Source: Monocercomonoides exilis PA203
Lineage: Eukaryota > Protista > Preaxostyla
Reading direction: 5' to 3'
Length of the DNA: 64,000 bases
Assembly: GCA_001643675.2 (NCBI GenBank)
Contig: LSRY02000039.1
Coordinates: 620,001-684,000 of the forward strand
The position numbers and the translations under genes are program-made. How positions within the stretch are numbered: position 1 is the stretch's first letter; the number at the start of each line of letters is the position of its first letter. The notes beneath the pieces were generated by a model. It did no database searches and was not told where the DNA came from. It saw nothing but the letters and a program-made list of their open reading frames with translations. Below are positions 38,101 to 50,045 of the stretch, in pieces.

Positions 38101-39680
38101 GCTTGAGCTTCAACGTGATTCTGTTGTGAATGAGGTGCTTTTGATGGTCAGACCAAACTTGCTGCTTTCTCCAGCGCCGATTGACGAGTCTCTAAAAAGA
38201 CCAGGAATGAGTGTGGATGCTTCTAAAAGTGAGGGAGATAGCAAAGAAGACAGAAAAGAAGAGAAAGATTGGAATAATTCTGTGAATGCAAATGGAAATA
38301 AGGAAGAAGAGAAAGGATATGAAGATAGCACGAAAGATGATGATAAAGAAGTGGTTTTAGAGGATTCAATGAACAACCCCAAAGAAGCTGCTTCAAAAGA
38401 AAGACTGTCAAACAGAATCAGATAAGAATACAAACGCAAAAGAATCTGTTCAAAACAACAAAAAAGGCGAAACGAATAATAATGAGCCAAAACCAGAGCC
38501 TCTTTCATCGCAATCACAACAAAAACAGCAGCAACAGAACACAACACCATCACCTTCTCCGCGGCCTAAACAATATTCTTCAGGAAGAGGCGCCTTTGAA
38601 ACGATACACTATACGCGAGGGAAGCGAATGGACGGAGGATGGAGATGGGGAGAGGGGCTGTTGGTGCACCTACAACGCCGCTGTCACCTGCTGTTGGAGG
38701 AGGAGGGGGAGAAGGGGTTACGTTGGGTGTTATGGGAACGAAGAATTTCAACAAAGAAGTGACAAGGGCGATATTTGATAAATTTCAGAACGAGAAAGGA
38801 TAAGTAGACGATGAAGAGGCGAAAACTACGTTTTATTCATTGGAATCTGATGATCAGAGAGAAAAACTGCTTCGGCTGATGAAACTGCAGGAAATTCAAA
38901 AGAAGAAAAAGGAGAAGAAAGAAGAGAAAGAGAGGAGGCGGAAGAAGAAAGAAGAGCGGGAGCGCAGGAAAATGGAGAAAGTGCCTGCGTATGCAGCAGT
39001 CGATGCAAGGCAGACAAGAAAGCGGTTGAATCTGATGAGTGCGCTAATGAGCGAGCTGAGGCAGATCAGGGCTGAGCTTAGAAGAGGAAGAGTGATGAAG
39101 TGGCGGGGCTGGTGGCCGTTCAAAGAGGAAGCAGAGACGACACACAGGAAGGGAAGGAAAGGAGCAGGGAAAGATCACCTCTGCTGTTTCAGAAGGAGAA
39201 AGGGATAAGAACATTCAGTCAGAGCAGTGTGCCCGGAAGAAGAGATGCGTTGTCGAAGCTGTTTTCTTCGCTTTCGTTCTCAAAATTTGCATCTTTCTTC
39301 ACATCGCAGAATTCAATGGCTATGGATCTGATGCAGAAACACCCTGTGCTCAATTTTGTTGCGCATTTTGATTCAACTGCAGAATTTGACGCAAATGAAA
39401 ATATTTCTCTTCATCCTCTCTCTAACTGCACTTCTTCACTTTTCAATTCGTTCATGTTTATGAACATCCAACAACAATCTTCTCCTTCCATCAGAACTTC
39501 TTTATCTCCCTCGCAGCAATACCACGCTAAACTTTCATCTTCTGCTAGTCCTGCAGCTCCTGACTCTCTTTCTCTACTCTCACTTACTGCTCTATCTTCA
39601 TCTCCTTCTCTTTCATTCAACTCCCCTCAAATTCGATATCGTTTCTTATCTTTCATTTCTTTTCGGAAGCACAGATAATT
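35110..39680 (+). pseudogene. ABCC/MRP-type ABC transporter pseudogene, 5'-truncated (right cargo)
   Basis: Walker A-like HVGCGKSA..ILGE, KVAYVSQ, signature NLSGGQRMRIALARAVY, Walker B VFLLDDILASIDAHVG, TMD2 motif KMSFFDTT; many frameshifts; no TMD1; 3' limit uncertain. Confidence 0.85.
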
Positions 39681-40809
39681 ATTTATTCTAACATAGAATG
39701 CCAGCTGAAGTTATATGAAAATGAGAGAACTATATTAAACCAAGAAAAGCTGATCAGAAGGCACGAAATCAACAAGAAAATCGATTCTGACTTTTTCATT
39801 TTGAGATTGAAAGAATTTGAGGAAACAGAAAGAACGAGGCGGGGAAATTTTTCTTTGAACAAACAGTTGCAGGGATAGTTTTCGAGAGATTTCACAACAT
39901 CGTGTGCCTTCAAAAAGTCGCTGAACATGAAATGGGAGAGGAAATATAAAAGAGATATAAGTTTTTGAGTGGATGTCAAGGGTTTTTAAAAGCAAGTGAT
40001 GGAACATGCACCAATTAGTTAAGTCGATGAAAACTCATGAATTTTTCTATGAAATGGAAAATGAGAAATTTAGAAAAAGGAAGAAACTATGAGGAAATCA
40101 GAAAAAATTCATTGTTATAAGTGATTTTTGTACCATCGGAGCTGAGTGTGAGTGTTTGAGTTGGAACAAATGTTGAGGTGAGGGGAGTGAGAAAGGCGTC
40201 TTGGTGGAGGGAAATTCCGCCGTTGAGAACATACTCGATGGAAGCATATGGTGTCTGTTGGGGTCTGCCAAAGGCATAAGCTTCAATTTCACTTCTGAAA
40301 TCAATGTTATTCTGGGCAATGAGAGGGAATCAGCTGTTGAACTCAGACTTATCTGATATGCCACTAAATCTATTTTCGTAAGATGAATCCTATGAATGGA
40401 ATAAATGGAATGGGGATTTGTTGGCTATACAAAGGTGAGGAAAAAAAAGAAAAATAACTATTATTGTTAAATTGGTTTCAAAATTTTTGTTTTCTTATCT
40501 TTTTTTCTGTTCTTCTTCATAATTTTTTTTATTTTCAATGTTTTGTTTTTTCTGTTATAAAATAAACATTTTCTTTTTGAAGTTTTATTTATTTGTTTTT
40601 GGTTCATTTTTATTTTACTTGATCAAAAAATTCTTATTAATGAAAAAAGGTATGTTTTTTTGTTCTTATAAATTTTCCAAATATATATGACAGAAATAAA
40701 AGCAAAATACTTGCAAAAAATCATTTATATTCTTTGATCAATAAATACCACAATAGATTTTATTTTTTCGATTTTTGATCTTTTTTTATGATGTCAAAAA
40801 AAATCACCC

Positions 40810-41152
40810 ATGTGATGTCTTTGTCAGTGTTTGTGGTGCCGCTATCGCAGCTGTCGATGGTTGGTGTGGAAATCAAAGATATGAATATCTCAAAACCATT
40901 GTACTCTGAGCCGGATCTATCTCCTTCTTCTTCTTCTTCATTGTTGTCATTGTCGTCATCTGCCCTGTTTTGACATCCACAACATTTGGAGATAGAGTGC
41001 TGGAGAATGTGAAAGTGACGAATGTGAAGTTGACTGAAGGAGATGAGGTGGTTGTGGAAAAGAGTGTGAAGGCTGGAGAGACGTTCGGGATGATGAGCAC
41101 GAGAACAGAAAGTGAAGCAGAGTGGCCGTATATTTGGGAAGGGAGATTCTAG
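40810..41152 (+). pseudogene. Surface protein family fragment, 3' continuation of 21530-22423
   Basis: VMSLSVFVVPLSQLSMVGVEIKDMNISKPLYSEPDLS continues the frame broken at 22423. Confidence 0.75.
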
Positions 41153-42833
41153 ATGAATTTTTGGTTTCATGTGAAATTGGAGAGAAGAATAAAAAATCAC
41201 TACTTCGTTTTTTATTTATTTTTGTTTTATTGAAACGAGTATAAATCTCAAAATTGCAATAGACTCTGTTATTAAACTCTTTTTTTACTGTATCTCTGAG
41301 TGGAAAATTAGTTTTGTTTATGTGTTTTAAATAAAAAGAAGAAAGTTTTTTGATGGAACGACTTTTTTTTAAAAAAATGAAAATTTCATGTCACTATATC
41401 GAAATAATCATCAAATATTCATTTTTGTATTGAAAGATATTTTTCACTTAAACTTTTTTTATTTAAAAACTTCATTCACTCTGTATACATAATGATAAAT
41501 TTATAACATTATCTAGGTTTGAAATATTTTGGAAAATAAACCGTCATGAAATGAAAAATTTATTTATAAATCGGAGCAATGTTTGGATGTTAATTATGTT
41601 AAAAAATTGAATATTAATTAGAAGAACAGATGTTTATCTGAAGAAAAATCAAACACAGATTTATTCTCTCCAATTAACGTGTTTGCAGTTTATTATTTCC
41701 GAACATCTGATGAAACTGCAAAAAAGTTAAATTTTTAAGGTGTGCATGCTTCTTTTGGCACGCTCCAAAACGATGAAAATGACTGAATAACAAATTGATA
41801 ACTTGTTATGGTGTTGTTGAAGATCAATAATTGTTTTTTTTGTGTTAGAATATAGATAACAATAAAACAAAACAAACAAAAAAGAGAATGACGATAAATT
41901 GCAACAAGACAGAAAAAATTATAAAACTTCATTGTCTATACTCAATAAGACTGACTTTTTTTCAAAAGAATTTGTAAAACTCAAAAAACCATTGAAAAAC
42001 TCGAAATAAGTGGGTTATTTCGAAATAACTTCATTATTTCAAAATTTTTCAAATATTTCACATTTCATCTAATACAAACTCAATTGATAAACGAGACTTT
42101 CAAAATAGCTTCATTTGTGCTCAGAAAAAATTATAATAAAAATTTCGGAGAAATAGGATTTTGAATCTCTTCATGATTTTCATTATAATTTTTTCTGAGC
42201 ACAAATGAAGCTATATTGAAAGTTTTGTACATTAAATGAGTTTGTATTAATGAGATGTATTTTGAGGAAAATTGTCAGAATTATTCCTCTTGCAGTTATT
42301 GTGAAATCGAACTTTGTCCGGTATTTTGAGCGATGTCCGGTATCTTATGCGATATCTGTAAGTGAGAGAAGATTCACCAACACACAGGAGTTAACATTGA
42401 TAATCATTATTTAAACGATTTTCATGATCGACAAATAATAAATTAAAAAGTTTTTTACGAATAATAAACATTTTCAAATGTTTAAAATCATCTTCTTTCT
42501 TATCATTAATTAAAAAACAAAATTGGATTTTCAAGGAAAACCCCAACTTTATTTCCTTTTCTTAACCATAGAAATAAAGTCTAGAAAACAATTAGTTTGA
42601 AAACACTAAAAAATTTATAATTCAGAGCTTATTTATGAAAAAATTACAAAATGAATATAAATATAATGGGTGTGATCAAATGAGGAACAGATTTATTCCA
42701 CTTTTACCCAGAAGTTTATCAATTTAGAATAATAAGTTTTCCAAATATGAAGAATAATGGGAAAAAACTTTCTGCTCCCATAACAATAGTATAATTATTG
42801 ATCGTTTTCTATAACCAAAATAATAAGTGTGAA

Positions 42834-44075
42834 ATGGATAAAGAATCCTTTGAATCAATTGAACATAATATCCCGCAACCAATAAGGGAATTTGCTGCGC
42901 GATTGTCAGAGGATCTTAAGAATAAATGCATGAGTTTGTTTTCGAATAGCGCGCAAAATTTACCAATACCCTCTGAATTGGACAGATTTTCAGAATCTCT
43001 GAGCGTTTTGGAAAAAGTGAATTTTTGGAAAGCAGTATCTCAAGTTCAGGATCGATCGACTAATCATGTTCCATTGCCAAGTTTACCTACTTCTGAAAAC
43101 ATTTGCGCATATCCTGCTGCACCACCGAATTTTGACGGAACAAACAATTTAATGCCAGTTGCAGACGAAGTTAGTTGTGATCTTTCCACAGACGAAGGAG
43201 ATGCAGCTCCGAAGAATAAATGGGAATTAAGCTTTGTTGCGCCAGTCATCGATGAAGAGGGCGTTCCTTCTCGGGAATACTTTTCTCAGCTTATGAAAGG
43301 AGAAGTAGCGTTAGAGGAACCAGAGAAAGATACAACTCCATTTTTACGTTCGACAGACGTTCAACATGAAGTTGCCAGGAAATCAATTGAAAATAACACT
43401 TTTCTAAATGATAGGTGCCTTGATGAAGATCAAAAAGCAGTGATAACTGAATTTAAACGAATTTGGGAAAAAGAGAAGAAAAGAGTTGCTTGCAATAATC
43501 GATTTTATTTCGCAGATTCAATAGTTGCTTTATCTTTCAGTGCGTTCCTGTTTGTTGCTGGAATTCCAATTTTAATTGTTGGAGGAGACATTTTGGAGAA
43601 ATCCATCACGAGGAATGCTGGAATTGCATTGATTGCAACTGGAGCATCTTTTATTATTTGCAGTTTAATGTTAGAAATTTGTATACACATTCCGATATGT
43701 ATAAATTCATTTGGTGAAATGAGAGACTTGTCGCATTATAAATTTACGAGCGAATTGAAAGGAGTCATGCGTCCGTGTGTGGAGCAGAGAATAAAAGACT
43801 GGAGAAGAAAAAAGGAGTTGAGATGGCTTTTATCAAAAGAAGAAAGAAAGACTGAAGAAATAATTGACAAAGAGGAGGAAGAAAGAAAGAAAAACAAAGA
43901 AAAAGAAAAAGTTGATAAAGCAACTGCAATTGCGATGGAAAAAATGATTGCAAAGCAAATGATGTTACTTAGCGATGGAAAGACAGGAAATCTGAAGAAT
44001 GACAATTCCACCAGAACAGTTGAATATGTGGAAGTTGGAACAGAAGCAATCGTGAAAGATGACGAATACGTTTGA
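42834..44075 (+). CDS. Hypothetical intronless membrane protein, 413 aa, two predicted TM helices and charged coiled-coil tail
   Basis: Uninterrupted ORF from ATG 42834; hydrophobic segments IVALSFSAFLFVAGIPILIVG and AGIALIATGASFIICSLMLEICI. Confidence 0.75.
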   Translation: MDKESFESIEHNIPQPIREFAARLSEDLKNKCMSLFSNSAQNLPIPSELDRFSESLSVLEKVNFWKAVSQVQDRSTNHVPLPSLPTSENICAYPAAPPNFDGTNNLMPVADEVSCDLSTDEGDAAPKNKWELSFVAPVIDEEGVPSREYFSQLMKGEVALEEPEKDTTPFLRSTDVQHEVARKSIENNTFLNDRCLDEDQKAVITEFKRIWEKEKKRVACNNRFYFADSIVALSFSAFLFVAGIPILIVGGDILEKSITRNAGIALIATGASFIICSLMLEICIHIPICINSFGEMRDLSHYKFTSELKGVMRPCVEQRIKDWRRKKELRWLLSKEERKTEEIIDKEEEERKKNKEKEKVDKATAIAMEKMIAKQMMLLSDGKTGNLKNDNSTRTVEYVEVGTEAIVKDDEYV

Positions 44076-44773
44076 GGCGCACAAGCAAGCTTGATTGTTG
44101 AGGTACTTTTTTATCTAATCGCCAATTGCTTGTTAAATATTTTTATCAAATATGTGTTTTTATGTTGACAGGCATTTTCATGTTGATTTTCATTTTATTT
44201 TGAATTGCGCTTTTAAAGATAATTCTTTTTCATTGTGAAAGTTTATGTTGATTTTTTATTGATGATAAATTTTGTGATTGTCTATTTCATTTCATTTCAT
44301 TTATCTTTTCTTTTGCAAAGATAATGTTTAATTATTGCTTTTGTAATTCAGAGCATATTTTTTTTGTAATAATTTAAAGAAAATTATTTATTTATCATAT
44401 GTTGAATAATCAATTTGGAAATTAAATACTTTCAAACTTGTTTTGTCAAATCAAGTTTTTCAAAAATTTTATTTTCTTTGATAATACTTAATAATTGGAA
44501 TTTCACAAACTTTTCATTTCCTTCAATCCTTTGAATAGTGTTTTTAAAATAAATATGATCATTTTTTTCCCCTTTTATTCATTAACAAAAGTGTAAAAAC
44601 ACAAATTTGTTATTGAATATTAAAATTACAATTTAAATTTTTAATCAATTTTGTGATTTTACCAATAAAAAATTGTCTTTGATCATTTCTTTTAGTTTTT
44701 TCTTAAAAAAAGAATTAAGGAATATTTCAACGGTTTGAAAAATCGTTTTTTTAAGTTTTAAACTTAAGAAAAC

Positions 44774-45480
44774 ATGTCAAGACAAATTGTAATTTGCTTT
44801 GAAGACTATCAAAAAGCACGCATTTCATTTGTGCAAAACATTGCAACTTTTGCGGAGAGGCCACAAAATATTGATGCATTAAAAGAGTCAGAGGTGATGC
44901 TTCTGCTGAAACCTCCTATCACAGATCCAGTTCCATCTGTTTTCTTATCGGCTTCTCTTGCTCTTGGCAGACTTGCAAATGCTTCAGAAGAAATGGCAGA
45001 GGCTGTCTTTCAAAATGACATTTTGCCTCAATTAGTTACGAGTCTGAAGGAACAAAATGCATGAGAAACATTCATTTTTATATAACTTATTTTTTGTTAT
45101 GTTCCATTTGTGAATTTTTTAACTTTTTAGAAATTCTTCAAGAAATCTGCTGCATTTATCATTCGTTCTGTTGTAAAACACAATGCAGCCCTTGTCCAAG
45201 CAGTAGTTGAAAGTGGAGCTTTGGAATCACTTGTTTCATGCCTTCGTATGAATTCTTTTCAGCAATTGAAGATTGAAGACAAATGAATTATTTTTGTCTT
45301 TTTTAGAGGAATTTGACCCTGGATGCAAAGAATCATCACAATTTGCATTAGGCTACACTGCACATCATAATGGAGGTTTTTGTTTATCTTGTTGTTTGTA
45401 ACATGAAGTTTATCGTTCACGCATTTTTTTTTGATCTTGCTCAGTTTATAGTATATGCTGGGGCAGTTCCTCTTCTTCTT
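44774..45480 (+). pseudogene. SPAG6: SPAG6/PF16 armadillo-repeat axonemal protein, 5' fragment
   Basis: FEDYQKARISFVQ..RPQNIDAL..ALGRLAN..KKSAAFIIRSVVKH..EFDPGCKE..AGAVPLL; intron 1 donor is GC (45059), intron 3 lacks AG, homology stops near 45480. Confidence 0.85.
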
Positions 45481-46279
45481 GATATTCCTCTTCTTCCGAC
45501 CTTCCTTCTTCTTTTCTGTTTCAACTCACACACAGTCTCAGTTCCTCCACTTCTTTTGAATCTTCTCTCCCAGAACCCAGCTCATTCACTTTAACTTCCT
45601 CCATCTCTCTGCACTTCAACAATCTCTTCATCGATTTCTTCAAAACTCATCCATTTGCAAGTCCCCTTCAATTGCGTTGCTTCTGATCAAACCTGATGTT
45701 TCATGCTTCTTCCTTCAAACATCACTCGTTGTCTGTCTCCCATTCAAAATACACCCATTTCAAAAAAAAATAATTAATAAATAAATTATATGACACACTT
45801 GAATGTTGTGTGAAAATGATTCAAGCCAAGCAAACGCATTTCAACTTATTTTTGAGTCTCCTCCTTTTCCTTATTTCTCCAACACGCCCTTCAGCAGGCA
45901 AGCCATTCAAATCAACACCAATTCCGCTGAAAGGACTTCATTCAGAATTTCGTTCCATTGCAAACATTCCCACAGGAGCACTACCGTCTTTTTCAACACT
46001 TTTTCGTTTTTCTTCTCTTTATAAGAATTCTTCCTTTCTAATCTTTTCCTTTTCAAAGAAAAACAAGCCATCGTCCCGTTTCACCTTTGGCTCTTCAAAA
46101 CATCCCCTAAAATGCTCCAACACAAAAGTCTCATCATCCAACTCTATTCACTTTCCATCTGCCATTTTCTCGATTTTCTTTTCAACCACCCACTCCACAA
46201 ATCGCATCCGCCTCTTCAAATCTCACATTCTCCACTATTCCTCCCATTCCCTCGCTTTTCCCTTTTACTGTGCTGCATC

Positions 46280-47700
46280 CCTCAAATTCCTCTATTGCCC
46301 AAGTCTCTCTCAAAAGTCAATAAATAATTTCTTTTCTGAATCAAAAAAAAAGAATGACAAAATCGCCTGAATAGTGATTCAGAAATGCCCCATGCACACC
46401 CTGAAACATTTGCCGCTGGTCCTGCTGCATTCGGCAAAATCAAACAGAAACAACAAATTGATTCATTTTCAGAATGTTGGAAGAACATCCGTTTCAAAAG
46501 AGTCACAAATGCCTCTGAAAATGCCCAAATACGTTCAATCATAAACTTATTCCCAGTGCATCATTTTCATTCCTTTGCCTCAAAACAGATAATCCGATGT
46601 GTTATAAAGCATTCATTCGCTTCTTGATAAATTAATAAGGGTTTTCAACCTATGATTTGTTTCATAAAGATTATTTATTGATGTATTGCTGCAGCCAGAG
46701 CATATTTGAGCTGTTTGAGGATGCAGGCACAGATGCACCCATGCAAAATATTGCACCGTAGAAGAGCAGGGATTTTTCTTCCAGATGGAGGAGCGAGTGG
46801 CTGTTTGCATTGATTGCTTGTGAAAAGAGAAGTGGTGGGGGAAATTGCATGAAATTTGAACTCGGTTGTATATCGCAAAACACATGGTGCAACATCAGCT
46901 GTGATATTTTGAATGAGAAATAACTTATGCAAGATGCAGAAAAAGCGAGGAGAATGTTTCTGAAAGATTGAATTGGACAGCTTGTTCATTTCGAGGGGAG
47001 TGCAGTGTGCTTGGCGTATCTTTTGCACAGGATTTGCTTTGAGTGATTTTTATTTTGGAAGAAGGTTTGTTTCGTGGAAGAGGAAAGGGAATAATGGGTT
47101 GGACAATGGAGGAAGAGAGTTGAACGAAGCACTCAGCAGGCCTTTTCAACAATCTCATTTGCATTTTGCAGGAATCCTACTGGCATGCCATCAGCAAAGA
47201 CTTGGCGTTGAACGAGTCATTGAAAAGGGGAACATTTTTTGTTAATTTAGAGAACGTGTGTTTTCATCTGATATTACAGCCAGCTTCACAATGGATTCCA
47301 AGAACAAGAAAACCAGTTTGACAGACAATTACCAATCCATTGGAAATATGAAAATATTTCAAGGCTTAAAAGATGGTTTGACTTTTTTTATTTCATTCAT
47401 TTTTCTCCAAAGATGTTCTTTCAATGAATACAAATTGATAAAGAACAGGAATGCCACGGAGAAAGAGAAGCCTTCTTGACATTTTTCAAAAGAGCCAGAA
47501 GTTTTGAGATTATTCATGTTTGGATTGCATTCAACGATGGCATTCATGACTTCTTCCATCATTTTGACATGCTGCATAGCCTGACAATGCTTTGCATGAG
47601 CTTGAAAGAGAGAAAAAGCAGTCAACTTGGAGTGTTTGTTGGGAGCGTATGGCAGAAATGATGTTTCTTCTGAGCAGATGAGCTTTCTGAACACTCATAT
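46280..47700 (-). pseudogene. Possible highly decayed pogo-like transposase remnant
   Basis: LLFSQAINANSHSLLHLEEKSLLF resembles VLLPSIVKRRKHISLKTEKCLLF of the pogo at ~56250-56320; catalytic residues and TIRs not recoverable. Confidence 0.3.
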
Positions 47701-48599
47701 TCAGAGCACATTCATTTTTTTCTATATCGCAACGTGACTTGGAAAAGCTGATATCTTCTCTTCTTCTTCACATTCCTTATCTTTCTCGACAGTCTCACTT
47801 CAACAAAAGATGTTCATCTCCAGAATCGATACATCAATCACATTATCATGAAATTCTTCTTTCTCTTTTCCTTGTCTTTGAAAAATTTTGCAATTAACGT
47901 CAACATCTTTGATCATCAGTGGTTTCTTCGATTTCGAATTCTTCTTTGCAAATATCCTCATCAAACATGAAGTTCATTTGAATTGTTGACATCATTGGAC
48001 AAACATAATTTTCTTTTTCTGAGGGGCAAAGCAGTTCAACCACACAAAGGCAGTTGATGATTTGTGGACTTCCTTCTTCATCTGTTTGCATCTCTCTCTC
48101 TTTCACATATTTTGTGATGAAGATTGTTTATTTTATCCAAAGATAACTTGACAAACACGATATTTTATAAAATCAATCTCGCTCAATGCATTTTCAGCAT
48201 CTTTATAAAAAGGATTTGATTCTTTTCACAATTCTCAATTGCTCCACCTTTATAGCATTCATCATCTTCTGCTTCCTCTTCCTCCTCCTCTTCCATTTCT
48301 TCTTCAACGTACTCTTTGTTGGATTTCTTCTCACTTTCTGCTGGTCCAAATCATCGATCTTCAAATGCATTTATTCAGTTCGATTCGACAGAGCGGGCAA
48401 ATTGAACCGATAATTGTTTCATTTCCTTTCCTTCAACTCATATAATCAATCATAAAATTAGCCTTCGTTTCATGTTTCATTAACGATTCTAATGATAAAA
48501 AAAATCAATTTGAACGTATTTATTTAATTTCATTTTCGTTGTATTCTTCTTCTTCTTCTTCTGAAATTGGGACAGCACGTCAGTCTGCTTCTCCATTCA

Positions 48600-50045
48600 G
48601 GCGACTGAAAAGCAAAGAAAAGACAGCAGCGAGGGATGAACAATCATCATCATCGTCATCGGAGCATACGATTTACTGTTCAGATAAATGGGGAGTAACT
48701 GCATCATACACGTTTTCAACAGTGATGAACTATATCAAGAGGCAGATGCTGATTGTTGGATCTGAGGAAGGTGGCATTTATTCCAATAATAAGAAGTTGT
48801 AACCGAGAGCACAACAGGAGCTGTAATCATATGGAATGGACTTACACATCTGGTTGTGCTGTTTGGGTGTTATGTGCATGCACATGATGTGGCATTTTTT
48901 GCTATGCTCTAAGTGTAGCTTTTTGAACCGCTTCCGTCGCTTGCAGTGTCGGAAGGTACGAATTCGGGGGGCAAGCGGATCTTTGCTGCGGAGGAAGTGA
49001 ATGCGTTCCCGTCGATCTGCGATCTGTTTGACCTGTCGCTGCAAATATGGCGATCGCCGCAGTCGAGGTGTGTGGTGGTGAAGCTGGACGATGAAGTGAT
49101 GGGGCGAGGGGTTGCAGTGTGTGAAGTGTGAGAGATTGTGGAGAAGGGACTGTCGGCAGCGGGGCTGAGGATGGAGAATGTGGTTCTGTTGCCTGCAGCG
49201 ATTGCGCTGGCGGTGCTGGAGGAGCAGGAAGAGGCAAAGGAAGGAGAAAGGAGAGGCAAAGAGGGAGAAGAAAAGGGAGAAGAAGAGGAAAAAGAGGATG
49301 GAGGGAGAGAAGGAGGTGATGGGAATGAGGAGAAAGGAGGCTATCCGGCAGCTCACAGAAAGTTTGTGGAGAGAATCAAAGAGAACCAGGGGAAGCTGGA
49401 AGAAGCGATGGTGCCTCTGGTTGTGGATGCTCTTGGGCTGAGTGGGCTGAGATTTGTGAAGGTAGAGACTGAGGCGGGTGCAGACAAGCAGCATTCAGTT
49501 GAACCAGAAGTGTGCAGATCTTCTCCATCTGATGGCATCCAACAGGAGAACAGGAGAGCAGAAGAAGAAGTAGCAGACGGGTCTTTGGGAATAGCTTCAG
49601 ATGGAAGAGAAGAAAATGTGGGGAAAGATGAGGAACAGGTGGAAATGGCTGCGAATGATTTGGGGATGAATGAGGAGTCAGGGAGAGAGTGAAGTTCGAA
49701 AGATTTGGAGAAGGAAGAAGGAAAAGAAGAGGAAGAAGAAGAAGAAGAGGAACAGATTCTGGATGTGGAATCGCTGCTGTGTGTTCCTGCGCATCCGGAG
49801 TGTGTGACGCTGGTTGACGAGAGTGCGTATGGGAGCTGGCGGGACTATCTGGTGACGATGAAGGTGACGGGGGCGCTGGTGGAGCTGTGTGCGGAGCGGG
49901 AGCGGATTGTGGGGAAGCCGGTTGTGGAAGGGACGATACATCCGGACGGGACGATGAGCTTCACGTTTATTGAGAGAGGCTGTTTGGGGGAAGAGAGATG
50001 AGAAGAGAAGGGCGCGGGGGAGGGTGTATTGCATCAGATGGGGCA
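48600..50045 (+). pseudogene. IQCH-like fragment (middle region), paralog of 4300-5450
   Basis: SGGKRIFAAEEV, VVKLDDEVMGRGVAVC; ELCAERERIVGKPVVEGTIHPDGTMSFTFI matches EQCTERELIVEKPVVEGMIQLDGTMSITFI; stops and frameshifts. Confidence 0.55.

Larger units (their letters stand above)
22424..40809 (-). mobile_element. Giant (18,386 bp) Sola2-like DNA transposon with USP-transposase gene and cargo
   Basis: TIR GGGTGATTTTTTTTGA(T/C)ATCATAAAAAA, 27/28 (22424-22451, 40782-40809); 4-bp TSD ATGT (22420-22423, 40810-40813); excision restores the reading frame GNY-V-MSLSVFVVPLSQL; contains a Sola-type transposase. Confidence 0.88.
20784..42070. mobile_element. AGATG-terminal TIR element with 3-bp TSD (AAT), ~2.9 kb without the nested Sola2-like element, carrying a surface-protein fragment
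   Basis: AAT|AGATGAATTGTGAAATA vs TATTTCACATTTCATCT|AAT (16/17); removing it restores the host MITE arm (ATCAATACAAACTC vs ATTAATACAAACTC on the other arm). Confidence 0.8.
20671..42358. mobile_element. Palindromic TA-flanked MITE (~398 bp reconstructed; Tc1/mariner-pogo style) split by a 21.3-kb insertion
   Basis: TA|CAGATATCGCA.. at 20671 and ..TGCGATATCTG|TA at 42358; 20671-20772 is an imperfect inverted copy of 42257-42358; the left arm resumes at 42071-42147 and pairs with ~42176-42250. Confidence 0.8.
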
